A stretch of DNA of 64,000 nucleotides from Callorhinchus milii (taxonomy: Eukaryota), in NCBI RefSeq assembly GCF_018977255.1, contig NW_024704935.1:1-64000 (forward strand), written 5' to 3'. The notes beneath the pieces were generated by a model. That model was not told where the DNA came from. It worked only from the letters and a program-made list of their open reading frames with translations, and did not search any database. Positions 51,285-62,720 of this stretch are shown one piece after another. The translations under genes and the position numbers were made by a program. Position 1 is the stretch's first letter. Each line of letters begins with the position of its first letter.

Positions 51285-51540
51285 TTAATTTTTATTCCCA
51301 CTCTTATTATTTCATCCGACAGTTCGAGATGACCAGACAGTTTCAGATGACCATAGAGTTTGAGATGACCAGCAGCTGTTGCTGCAGTTGCTGCTGTGGT
51401 GTGAAGGGAAATTAATTTTTATTCCCACTCTTATTATTTCATCCGACAGTTCGAGATGACCAGACAGTTTCAGATGACCATACAGTTTGAGATGACCAGC
51501 AGCTGTTGCTGCAGTTGCTGCTGTGGCAGGTGTGAAGGGA
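51285..51540. repeat. 127-bp direct tandem duplication, each unit with three 18-bp subrepeats
   Basis: ttaatttttattcccactc starts at 51285 and 51412; cagttYSagatgacc at 51320, 51338 and 51356, repeated in the second unit. Confidence 0.95.
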
Positions 51541-54500
51541 AATAGTCTATAAAAGGTCAGGCTGTGGCTATGCGGTGTGAGGGCAGGAAGCTTATCATTG
51601 GCTGACTGCACACAATCACAGCTGCTTCCTTACATTTGTGCTCTGAGTTTCCTCCCCACCTGAAGACAACCTGACTCCTCCTGTGCACAGAGTCTTTTCA
51701 CAATGCGCTGAACAAAAAAACTCCACACATAAAAAGAAGCAACTTGTTTAACCTTTTGGTGATAAGCTGCCCTTACATATAAGATATTCGATTACATTTG
51801 CAAACAATCAATGCCTCTAAATTTACAGTGTTCAATTGTAAGTAACAAAAAGAAACACATACCAACATAACAATATAACGAGATAGAGAACTTTCCATCA
51901 TTCTTGTCGGTTGCTAAATAAAAACAGTTTATTTATTTATATGTAAGCATACTACAGGCAATGTTCTGATGCCGGCTTATCTCTCCAGGGAATAACAAGC
52001 TACATCACAAGCTGAGAGAATGAGGCAGCATTATTTTGTTCAGGATAATGAGTCTTTATATCTCTCGTTCATTGCAAGAGTGTTATACACATGAACAAAG
52101 CTCATTGTTCAGATAATCGAACAATTGTCATTATTACAATAATACTTTAATACTACACATTCCATGGAATCAATAGCCACAGAAGGCCCGAGGGACAGTC
52201 ATTTTGTGACGGTGGGCAAAGGAATGAATTGTTTTCTAATAAATCTAATATCTAATAATACATGGATACGAAGCTGAGAATTGGAGTTAGAGAGAATTGG
52301 CACAGGAGCCCGTGCAGGCTCCAGCGGCCGTGACATCACCTTGATTACAATATTAAATAATATTAACTGCTTTGCGGGAGAAACTGTCAATAAATCAAAA
52401 AGGCACGAGCACAGGCAAACATTTTATCAGAAATAATTCAATGTCCTTTTTCAAATGTATTAAATAGTTAAAAATGTCAATTTATTAGGACATTTTGCTG
52501 AATCCAACATCTGTGAAGTGCGGAAATTTCGTCTCAGACACATCGCCGAGTGATGTTCACCATGACAGTCCTCACATACAGCAAATAAAACTCATGTGAA
52601 AAGTTTCTTGAATAACAATTATAAATGAAATTGATAAAAGCTAATGGAATTGGTTGCCGTGTTTCGTCCACAAAACATACAATCACTACAATGTACAAAA
52701 TATTCTGTGAGCCCTCAGAGACGTTTCAGAGAACTGATAAGGGGCTATATTTTCTGACGTGTGAGAAGGTCGATTGTGTTTTGACAAGTTTGGTGTAAGA
52801 AAGCCTTATGGCTCTTTTCACAGTGACCAGACACAGTGCATTATTATTTTGTTGGAAGGGAATATTATCCTCAGAAAAGCAATCCGCCAATCGATTTAGA
52901 ACCGGTTTCCTGCTTACTGCTAGGTAAACAGAGACATGTGCTTGGAATAAGGAAACTTGCCCCACGTTTTGCCTTGCCAGGGAATCAAAAACATGTCCTA
53001 CCGCTTGAGGGGAATTTGTGTAAGCACCGAGCAAAGGAATCCACAGCCTTTGCTCTTCCATCAGACTTAAAGCTGGAATTTTCTTACTGAGCTGCGGTTG
53101 ACTGTGTGACCATGCAATGGGTTAGAGAGAATTACAATCCAAAAAAATGAAATCTGCTCGACCAACAAAGGAGGTTGCAACTTCAGACACATATATAACC
53201 AGACAGTCAGGGAGCACTACGCAAAGTGTCTAACGAGAATCCCTATCTCACTCTCCTCGCAGTTACTGTCATCTGAAGGGATTCAGGAGTTACTAATCGG
53301 TGCATTTGATGAACAACTATATCACGCATTCGATATGCCTCAAAATGCTTCACAGAAAATAATATAAGGTGAACTGACTGTACATTTTGTGGGCGAAAAG
53401 CGGCAGCCAATTGCATATTGCAGTGTCGACCAAAGAATTGTGGATTCAGTGACCAACTGATTACACTTTTATCAGGAGTTTAAGATCCCGCCAACACCAG
53501 AAGAGTGATCAGCCAATCGACACAAAATCAGGATCCTCCTCACTGCGGGGTAAACTGGTGTGCGGAGTAAAGGAATTTGAGTTGGGGGAATGCGTCACTG
53601 ATTTCATTTCTAATTCAAGCTTCACGTCACATTCAATTTCTTTTTCAGTTTTCTTCTTCAGTTTCTTCCCTGCTTGTCCTGAAGGAGTTTGACTCTCCTT
53701 AAATTTCACTGGACACTGATTACACAAGCAGCCCTCGTCACCCGGCTTCATTCCCTAAATGATCCTTTCATGCTTGACTTGAAAGCATGAGCCGCCCCAT
53801 CAAACCGCTCCGAATTATTAAACTAGTCCATGACCAATCAAGCTTGCGATTTCAGTAAATACAGCGACTGAAGGTTGAAAGGAATACCGCTGGAAGTGTG
53901 CTGATAGCTGAATCTGTAGGTGTTTTCCATCAGAACAATTCTACATATTGTGGGCAGACACCAAAAGAGACATCGCCTAAAGTAATAGAGAAGAGAGGAA
54001 ATAGTTGTAGGAAGATAAAAAAGCATTGACAGTTTACAAGATCACAGCCGATATGCACATCAAGTCCATATGCCTGCCTTTGCCACGTGTGATTTAATAT
54101 CCTGACCTAACAAATATCTATCTACCTGAATCTTGGAAATATGATTGCGTACAACAACCACAATCCTTTGGGGAGAGAGTTCCAAATTTCCAGTCCTATT
54201 TTATCCTTTTCACTTCTACATGGCCGAGCTCTGATTGTAGATAGTGCCCGTTCTTCTGGATTCCCCTTAAGGTTACATTATTATTTTTGGGACACAAAGT
54301 GCTCAGTCACTCCACGTCGCATTAAATTCCGTGAAGAGCTTTGCGACTTTTCAATGACCTAATAAGGCTCTGCATGAAACACAAGAATTATTATTATAAA
54401 TATTATTATAATTATTACAAAAATAAGAACATCGTAATTGCTAGATGGGTAAAGACCAAGGTATATCCGTTTCGACTTCCTCCACCCAATCAGTCGCATG

Positions 54501-54778
54501 AATGTGTGATGTCCCAAATGTCATACTTTGTCACCAGAAACCATGCATTAACTGCAGTCTACCGAATTTGGTTTCAAAAGATTTGATACTTTCTAATCCC
54601 ACCATCTTTCCAGGGAGCCTGTTCCATACATTTGCCACTCGGTAACTGAAACAATATTTCGTAAGATGTTTTTTTAATTAGCCGCCCCCCCCCCAACCCT
54701 CTTTCCCAACATACAACCACATTGAATGAAGCACCTCATGATGCTTCCAGGTCAGCAATAGGCTAGTACTATTGAGAC

Positions 54779-54928
54779 TGACGTTAAAAATAATTTGCTG
54801 TAAATGCTGAATGTAAACCATCAATTATTGATCTGTGCAGGTCAGAGGGAATAAAACACGTGACTCTCCTCAGTCCTGGAGCTATTGGTCGATTCCCATA
54901 CGCCTGCCCCACTAGATCTTATTAAATA
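54779..54928 (+). promoter_or_regulatory. Putative IgH promoter (CRE-like TGACGTTA 54779-54786, E-box CACGTG 54857-54862, TATA-like TTATTAAATA 54919-54928)
   Basis: Motifs lie 90-240 bp upstream of the leader ATG. No octamer ATGCAAAT seen, consistent with the octamer-less IgH promoters known in cartilaginous fish. Confidence 0.55.
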
Positions 54929-55019
54929 GCGGTCACTGGTACCTGAGGTCATCTGTCCGGCTGCACTTCTTCCCTCGGTTATTCGGCACAAGTCTCAGTT
55001 CTGACAAGAGCCCAGAAAC

Positions 55020-55065
55020 ATGAGCTCCCCGATTTCTCTCAGTCTGCTGCTGGCTGTATTCACCT
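55020..55065 (+). CDS. Ig heavy-chain leader exon
   Basis: ATG...MSSPISLSLLLAVFT + T|gtaagg (phase 1); resembles chondrichthyan IgM leaders of the MRSAISLSLLL type. Confidence 0.88.
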
Positions 55066-55181
55066 GTAAGGTCTATTTTTCTAACAGACTCACTGTGCGT
55101 CTGTGGGTATTATTCTTTCTGTTTTGTCTCCGAGGCACTCGATTTCACAATAATTCATCTTCGGTTATTTATTCTTTACAG

Positions 55182-55216
55182 TTGTCCAGGCCGATGTGGT
55201 GCTGTCAAGTGAAACT
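55182..55216 (+). CDS. Micro-V exon: end of leader plus 8 mature residues (FVQA/DVVLSSET)
   Basis: Acceptor attctttacag at 55180-55181; 35 nt in frame with the leader; directly abuts the heptamer. Confidence 0.85.
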
Positions 55217-55255
55217 CACAGTGATCGGAATCGGGGTTGAACTCCTACAAATACA
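55217..55255 (+). other. V 23-RSS
   Basis: CACAGTG + 23-nt spacer (55224-55246) + ACAAATACA. Confidence 0.9.
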
Positions 55256-55657
55256 CAAGCGGGAGAAGGTAGAACCTCCCTACATAAACTGGCACAGCCG
55301 TGATGTCAATGCAGTGTCTTTAACGGAGATTAAAGGAGAAGCTTAAGACGGATTTAATATCACACTAAAGCTACATAGTGAAACGTAGTTTGATTGGGAG
55401 AATGAGATTTTTTGTGCTGTGATATTCTGCGAATTCAGATGGTCAGTGACACTTTGCTGTTGAGGCGGGTAGGACTCCGATTGGAGGCTCACAATGCGAC
55501 GATTCACATACATCATCTCCGTATACGCTGTTGGAAGTAACAGTTTTCTGTTTCTGTGGAAATGAAGAAACTATTAGACAGACTCCATATCATGTCAGAG
55601 AGGAATAAGCACTTTCAGTAACTTTTGGCAGCCTGTGTTGAGCAGATATCGGTGGTC

Positions 55658-55735
55658 AGTATTTGTATGGGACTGTGTCACTGTGCAAACAACGAGCCAC
55701 GATGCTGCATACAGCTGCATCCTCAGACAAAAAAA
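55658..55735 (+). other. D1 segment CAAACAACGAGC (55686-55697), 12-RSS / 22-RSS
   Basis: AGTATTTGT-12-CACTGTG [D] CACGATG-22-ACAAAAAAA. Confidence 0.88.
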
Positions 55736-56047
55736 ACAGCCACAGAGACTGCTAATCACTTACATCACTACAAAATCCAAAGCACCAAAATAAGTGTTAC
55801 TCAAACTGGATTATTCTCAGAAACAAATTGGTGCATAGCAGATAAATTGAGATTAATTTGATTGCAGAGTGTTGATAAACAAGTTTGAGATTTGATCAGC
55901 TGCTTTCACATAAATCCAAGGCCAGTGATAAATATAAGAATTTATTTTGACGGAAAAGTTATAGGAGGCCTCACTGGAGAATGTGAAATGAGGTTCAGTG
56001 TTTCTCTGATATTATAGATGAATATTTATTAGTACATCCTGTGCAGG

Positions 56048-56113
56048 AGTTTTTGTCATATTGTGTATCACTGTGTAACAGCAACCACAGAGTTAACTGT
56101 CAATACAAAAACC
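56048..56113 (+). other. D2 segment TAACAGCAAC (56076-56085), 12-RSS / 12-RSS
   Basis: AGTTTTTGT-12-CACTGTG [D] CACAGAG-12-ACAAAAACC. Confidence 0.93.
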
Positions 56114-56450
56114 CTTCAACACCAAACCACCTGATATCTCACACAACTCGCTTATGTGGTTTCCTCTGAATATGCGGGGAAATGGTATGTGTAAAACAGT
56201 GTCGACCGCTGAGGAGGCTGCCAGATTTTAATAGGATTAAAGCATCACATTTTCTCTTCAATCTGCTGATGACAAGAAAAAGTGTTCAACAGGAACACTG
56301 CAAAATGGCAAACGTACACACATTTATAAAGTAAACAAAGAGCCAAGCAATTGTTTTAGAAAATTACAGATATATATTGTGCACTGTGTTTGGTTTGAGG
56401 AAACCAACATTTATAGTAATATTGTATTTGTGTGCCCTGCCCGCACAGCA

Positions 56451-56526
56451 GGTTTTTGCAGTGGGCCGCCACTGACTGTAGCACTGTGATAAGGGAACCA
56501 CGGCGTTAACTGGCAATGCAAAAACC
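56451..56526 (+). other. D3 segment ATAAGGGAAC (56489-56498), 22-RSS / 12-RSS
   Basis: GGTTTTTGC-22-CACTGTG [D] CACGGCG-12-GCAAAAACC. Confidence 0.9.
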
Positions 56527-56853
56527 CTTCAACACCAAACCACCTAATCTCTCTGACTTCTCCCTTGTGTGAGTTCCACTGAAGATACGGGGATTAGGTA
56601 CTTTTAAAAGCTGTTGACTGCTGAGGATTTTACCTGATTTCAATAGACATGAAACATTGCATTTGTCCGTCGATCTGCTCCTGACAAGGAAATGTGTTTG
56701 ACAGGAACACTGTAAGCTGGCAAAGATACAAGCATTGAACAGGTAAACACAGACCTTGTGAAATCGTTTACAAAAAGTTGCAGAAATATATCGTGGATTG
56801 GGCAAGTCCATATTTACAGAAATATTGTATTTGTGTGTCCTGCCCTCACAGCA

Positions 56854-56928
56854 GGTTATTGCAGTGGGCAGGCACTGACTGTAGCACAGTGACAAACCAG
56901 ACTACTGCGAGCATAGAAGTGACTCACG
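56854..56928 (+). other. J segment (coding 56892-56928, TNQTTASIEVTH) with 22-RSS; lacks WGxG
   Basis: GGTTATTGC-22-CACAGTG, then 37 nt ending G|gtaaga, a phase-1 donor compatible with the C exon at 60915. Confidence 0.85.
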
Positions 56929-58427
56929 GTAAGAAACAGATACAAACTCACTCGCTACACTGAACTTGTCTCTTTATATATTTGATATGTTCACTTTAAC
57001 AGCTATTTAATGTAATGAACTCCGCGTTGCTGGGTATCCCACAGTTTAATCCATGCTAAATTTGTTTAGCTTTTATTGCTTCCTGCAACCACCGTTTGTT
57101 TATGGATTATTCACCAAATAATTGATTAATTCTTTGTGATCTTTTTGATGTTTTGTGAATATCCCCATCCAGAAAGGTTATACTGATGGACGTTCTGCAA
57201 TGTCTAGTTTCGGTGACTGTCGGCTGCTGAGTTTCGGCTATAACGTTAAAGGGAATTTTATAAAGTGTTTGAAACTATGCTGAACATTGGAAATAAGGGT
57301 CTGAAAGTTGTGGGCTGAATGAAGAGAAGGTTATCAGATAGATTCCATCAAGTATTTCATTCCGTTTTTTTAATGTCATGAACGTGGCTACGATTTAAAG
57401 TGGTTGTTCTGGGAAAGGGGTTGAGTCTGACAGTAAATCGGATTTGTATTGCTACGATATGAGTGAAACTATAGCAGCTCAACCACCACGGACTGAAAGG
57501 TTTTATTTCTGTCAGTGTTAACATTAATGATTTGCTCACAGTATATTTTCCCTAACGATTAGTGAGCAACAGTTTGAGCTCAGGCTTCATTTCAGTATTA
57601 ACAGCGATTCAGTGAACATCACTTCGATTTCACGCCGTATTAGAGACACAAGAGGTCGGTGTTGATCTACTATCATCAGCTTCCTGTTTTACGATAACGA
57701 GTAGCAGAAAAACATTGATTTGTCGATTAAATATTTGATAAAATTTGAATACATTTGCTGTATTTTAAGAGATCCTATAGTTCATGGGATGTTCAGCACA
57801 CAGCGACACTGCAGTGAAGGGGGTGAAACGACGCAGTTACTTATTTTACTGTAACATATTATTTAGTTATTCTGTGTAAGTTTTTGTGCTGCAGGGCATT
57901 GTGACTGTGAGATACATTGCAAAATGTACAATGCTTCACGCTTGATGTGGAAGAACGGTGTGTGAGCTGATTGTGCAGTTACTGGGAGAGTCAGCCGGAG
58001 AGAAAATAATGTTAATTCACTTCTGGAATAATGGATGGAAAGAGTTTGTGCTGGAGATGAAAGGATCGAGTCTAGGATAATGTGTGAGACCCGATTAAAC
58101 AGCTTTGAGCAGTGCAACAGCAAATGGCTGAAGCGGGATGTTTGAGTGTGTGTAGAGCGGCTGGGAGCTGGGTTCGTGTTTAACACACGGTCCCACGGGT
58201 AGGAAAGAGCAAGGTGAAGGTTTGTTTTGTAATGATCTTACCAGAGGTCGAGAAATCCACTGCTGAATAATTGTTATATTCAGTGTGATTTCTGAAACCG
58301 GTTTTCCCGAGTTCTTAAGAAGAAACGGATTCAAAATTTAAAGGAAATTTAAGAATTTTATACGCTTCCATGAAATCTTAAGATAAAGGCATAATGATCT
58401 CCCAGTGTTTATTATTAGCTGAGGATT

Positions 58428-58858
58428 CAACAACAACAACATTCCATTTATAAAGCGCCTTTCACGTCAGGAGGCCGTCCCAAGGCGCTGCACAGTTGGG
58501 TCATGTCCCGAGCAGGGGGAAAATGGTCAGGGTGAGGGGAGGGAAGGGAGGGAGTGAGGAGGGGGAAGAGAGTCGAGAGGGGAGCTGAATGCACGATCAA
58601 AAAGAAAGGTCTTGAGACCGGCCTTCAAGGAGGAAAGGGATGAGGCAAGGTGAAGGCACTGGGGGATAGAGTTCCAGAGCCTAGGGGCTGAGAGGCTGAA
58701 TGCCCGACCACCGATGGTAGGGCGGTTGGGGCGGGAGACGTGGAGCAGACCGGAGCCGGAGGAACGGAGGGTACGGGCAGGTAGGTAGGGGGATAGTAGG
58801 TTGGAGAGTTAGGAGGGAGCAAGGCAGTGAATGGCCTTGTAGGTGAGGATGAGGATTC
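58428..58858 (-). mobile_element. Young L2 3' fragment in the J-C intron
   Basis: Highly similar to 23656-24100; (caa)n tail at 58428-58440. Confidence 0.9.
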
Positions 58859-60484
58859 TTATTTCAGAAGCGAACAATGTCTCTAGTTTTATCATTATTA
58901 TATTCAATGTATTTATAGCTGACAAGACGGAGGCCGCGAGTGTAGGAAACAGAGCCACGGATACCAGGGCCGCTTGTTGTTCAGTGTTTATAGCACCTGC
59001 CTCTGTCTGTCAGCCTGTGAAACATGAATACAACATGACCGCAGTACATTTAACTGTCAGCCAAAAAATCTAACACAATTCAGAATAATACAGGCTGTGA
59101 AGCAAAGTAGAGAGTTATCCTTACTGGGTGTCCTGTAGCTCAGTGTTTAGAGCTATTAACCGACTGCTTTTCTGTGGTTATTAATCACTTCAAAATAATA
59201 ACAATAATAATAATACATTGGTCACTCAATCCATTACTGGTTGTGGGCACTGCCGTCTGCAATCGGAAGCCCTTTTCACCCACAAATATACAGTGAATTT
59301 CCTGTACAATATATTCTGCGGAGCATTTCGAGACGTCTCTAAGATTATATTCTGAAATATGAATGTTGAATATTTCTGTGACTCCTTTTAGCGCTGTGTG
59401 GCTCCTGCAGGTTCCGCTGAACCCAATCACAAATCAGACAGTTTTCCCTGTGAGAGGCTTTTGTGGGGCACAACACAGATTGCAGTCCTTCATTCCTCAT
59501 GTAAAACACTGAATCGGCCCTTTCTGTGGGCTCTCCTGTGAAACAGACAAACAAATATCTGTGGCACGGAAAATATAGTAACCTCACTTGACAATATATT
59601 CTGTGAAGCGCTTTGAGATGTCCCGAAGACGCGCTAAGGCACTATATCAAATGCACGAAATATTATTATTATTATATAATAATTAATGTACAATTTTAAC
59701 ACCACACAGCGGCTGTCTGCTTCGCATCTGATTGTGGCGATTCTATAATCAGTCTGAACGGAGCAATTTGTTTTAATAAATGTCAGAGCCAGAAAGACTC
59801 ATGCTTTAAATTTTCAGACGATTGCATAAAAAATTAAGATTATGCAGCTATCTGATTAACCGTGAAATACATATTTTTGGGCAAATTAAATAGACCATTT
59901 GAAAATAGAAAAAAGTTTTAATTTCAGCTGCGTATCTAAATGGCACGCAGACATAAGTCTTAAAACAAAGTTGCTGTTGTAAGAACAGGAAATATTTTAA
60001 TCTGGAACAGTTGATAATTAATTTTGTAAGAAAAGAGACATTATCGCTGTGTCTAAACTTAAACTGGTCACGTGGTGACTTTGATCTACTACTCAGTCAA
60101 CGCAGCGTCACTGACACCAGATTCTGGGACAGATTTATTTAATGAATAAATCTCTGCATTTGTTTGACTATTTCGCTGCTGAAACGTGACCCATGAGACG
60201 TAGAAAATTCTGGCACATGCCAAATACAGGACATGTCCCACAAACCGTCGTAGACAGAACGGTCAATTTTATTTCGGGAATTTTTGACCGGGAAAAGGGA
60301 GAGAGAGAAAGCGAGTGAGGGAAATGGAAATAGTAAAATGGACAAAGAGCAAAGTAATTGTGAGTGAGATGGTAACTGCCTTCTGTTTTCAAATAGGCCG
60401 TGGGATCTTCGACGTCCGAATGAAGGCAGACGGGGTCTCGGTTTCAAGACTCAATAAATACATTCCTAGATATATACATACATG

Positions 60485-60505
60485 CATACACACACACACA
60501 CACAC

Positions 60506-60542
<37 letters not shown>
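60485..60542. repeat. (CA)n microsatellite
   Basis: Near-perfect CA run. Confidence 0.95.
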
Positions 60543-60546
<4 letters not shown>

Positions 60547-60914
60547 GCAACAGAAAAACTAATACAGTTCAGATACGAACGGGATAGCAATGACGTGACC
60601 CAGTTCAGTTGGCCCGGAGAAGACCGAGGAAGGCTCAATTGTAGCCAACAGGGCAACGAGAATACCAGCGTTTTTAACTCCACACCAACTTTGGAGTTTA
60701 GCATAACAGTTGAGACAAAACGATTGCGGAGATTGCAAGGTTTTTTTTTTAAAAAATGTTTGTTTACTGGGAAGATTAAAAGAGAAAAGCCAATGAGAGA
60801 GAAGATGTCACTTCATGGCTGAGTTCAATGTCTGTTTCAAAATTAATATCAATTTCACGCAACAAAAAATGCCCCAATCGAACTAAGTATAAACTATTAT
60901 TTAATGTATTGCAG

Positions 60915-61241
60915 GTAATCAAACGAAACCGTCACCCCCAGTTGTTATCCTCACACAGCCTTCCTCTGAAGATATCACAATGCATAAACCGGTAACTGCT
61001 GTCTGCTTAATATCCGGTTTCCATCCGGACAAACTGAGTGTTAAATGGCTGAAGGATTGGCAGCCCATCATCTCAGGTATTGTGACCTCTTCCTCGATTA
61101 AAGAAGACAATATGACATTCAGCACCAGCAGCCGCCTGACTGTCCCCGCCAGAGAGTGGAGGAGTGGCGTGGTTTACACCTGCCAGGTGTCCCATGAACC
61201 CACCCAGACCATCATTGTCAAGAACATCACCAAGTCCTCAG
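60915..61241 (+). CDS. IGHM: IgM constant exon Cmu2
   Basis: gtattgcag|GT...TCA G|gtaggg, 327 nt. GNQTKPSPPVVILTQPSSEDIT...AVCLISGFHPDKLSVKWLKD...TSSRLTVPAREWRSGVVYTCQVSHE matches shark Cmu2 motifs (FHPxS, WLKDG, TSRLTVPAREW, YTCQVSH). Confidence 0.88.
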
Positions 61242-61897
61242 GTAGGGGGCACGGCACCATCTGACACACACGGCAACAACATGGCACTCAGTATCCTTTC
61301 AAATGTCCACTTGTGGGAGCTGCTGCGTCAGTTTGACTTTCACCCTTTTGGGATATTTCAACCCGAACAATAAATATGTGAACTTTGACCGAAAGTTTAT
61401 TTATCTGTACAACATGAGGAAATCGCGCCCCAATCCTCACCATGTTAACAGGAGATGGCCAGGAACACCATGTTTCTAATCTGCTACTCAATTGTAGATC
61501 TCGCATCTGTCACAGGATCACGTGACTGTGAATTGTAATTCCCATATTCTACACTCTTCTTCAACATCTGCTTTCACTAAAATTTCTCGTCCCAAAGCCA
61601 CAATTTGGGTTAATCCGAATATATGTACAATTAAGTGTACAGTTGCAGCTCATCCAATGCATGCGTTTAATCCGCAGTTTTGTCAGTCGGACGTAATTGA
61701 AAATCAATTAGCAGATTATCATTGAATGTTTCAGGAAGCCTTATTCAAATCTCCAGTAAATTATTCCAACACCAACTGATACTTATATTAAGACACATCA
61801 TTCTGTGTTCAGCTCATCCGGAATTGTTTAACTTGATTGAATAGGAAATCCTGGAACTTGGTTTTTATTTGTGTTTCATTTTCTTTTGCTTTTCTAG

Positions 61898-62209
61898 AGT
61901 GTGAGCTTCCCATTGGAAGTGTCAAGGTCTCTTTGCTGCCACCCTCACAGCAACAGGTTTTGATGGAATCCTCTGTAACGCTGACATGTGTTGTGGTTAA
62001 TGCACCTCCTGACGTCACCGTGACTTGGACACAAGGAAATACACATTTACAGTCTGGAAATGGGAAACCGTCTGCTACTGAGCCTCAGGAAGTGATCAGT
62101 AAATTAATCATTTCTTCACAAGACTGGAACAGTGGGAAAGAATTCTTCTGTGTTGCCAGCCATGACGATATGCCAAATCCAATCAAAGAAATGACATTGA
62201 AGAGGAAAG
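61898..62209 (+). CDS. IGHM: IgM constant exon Cmu3
   Basis: ttttctag|AG...AAA G|gtgagt, 312 nt. ECELP...LLPPSQQQVLMESSVTLTCVVVNAP...VTWTQ...WNSGKEFFCVASHDDMPNP; the N-terminal Cys is available for an inter-chain disulfide. Confidence 0.9.
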
Positions 62210-62720
62210 GTGAGTAGCCAGGTTTCAGGAAATAAATCATTTATTTATTTACTTATTTATTTATTTATTTATTTATTGTAATTTCAGGTTGAAGACGACA
62301 GATGCAATTGTGAATACAATTATATGCTCTCTGTTTTTTACTGCTTGACGATAGATAAATTTATTCCCTCGCATGCTGGCCAAAAACCAATAGATAGATA
62401 TAACTTGATAAGTACATTAATTCACACGAATTATATCGAAGCAATATCTAGTCATTACATCTGGAGGCTATTTACATATTTTCTTATTGAGTTAAGGTAG
62501 CCACATCTAAACTGCTGGTCACTTGGTGCAAATAATAAAGTGCTGTCGGGACATTAGAATCCACGCTAGAGTTCCCAGTTACACCCGCAGTTACAAACCA
62601 CTGAGCACAGCCTGAACAGATACACACATTATTCTCAGATTGTTCTGCAGGACCTGGAGCTTCAAACTTCTCTCAGATTCACATCATCAGTGTACTGATT
62701 CGCTTGTTTACTTCCCACAG

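Noticed and set aside
55256-55657. Displaced remainder of the V domain
   Set aside because: No WxRQ or YYC motif in any frame I read; the length matches the other inter-segment spacers.
57863-59587. ORFs in the J-C intron as a possible Cmu1 or hinge exon
   Set aside because: No Ig-domain Cys/Trp pattern; they overlap L2 and SINE sequence, and candidate acceptors at about 58918 and 59410 lead to stops without a good donor.
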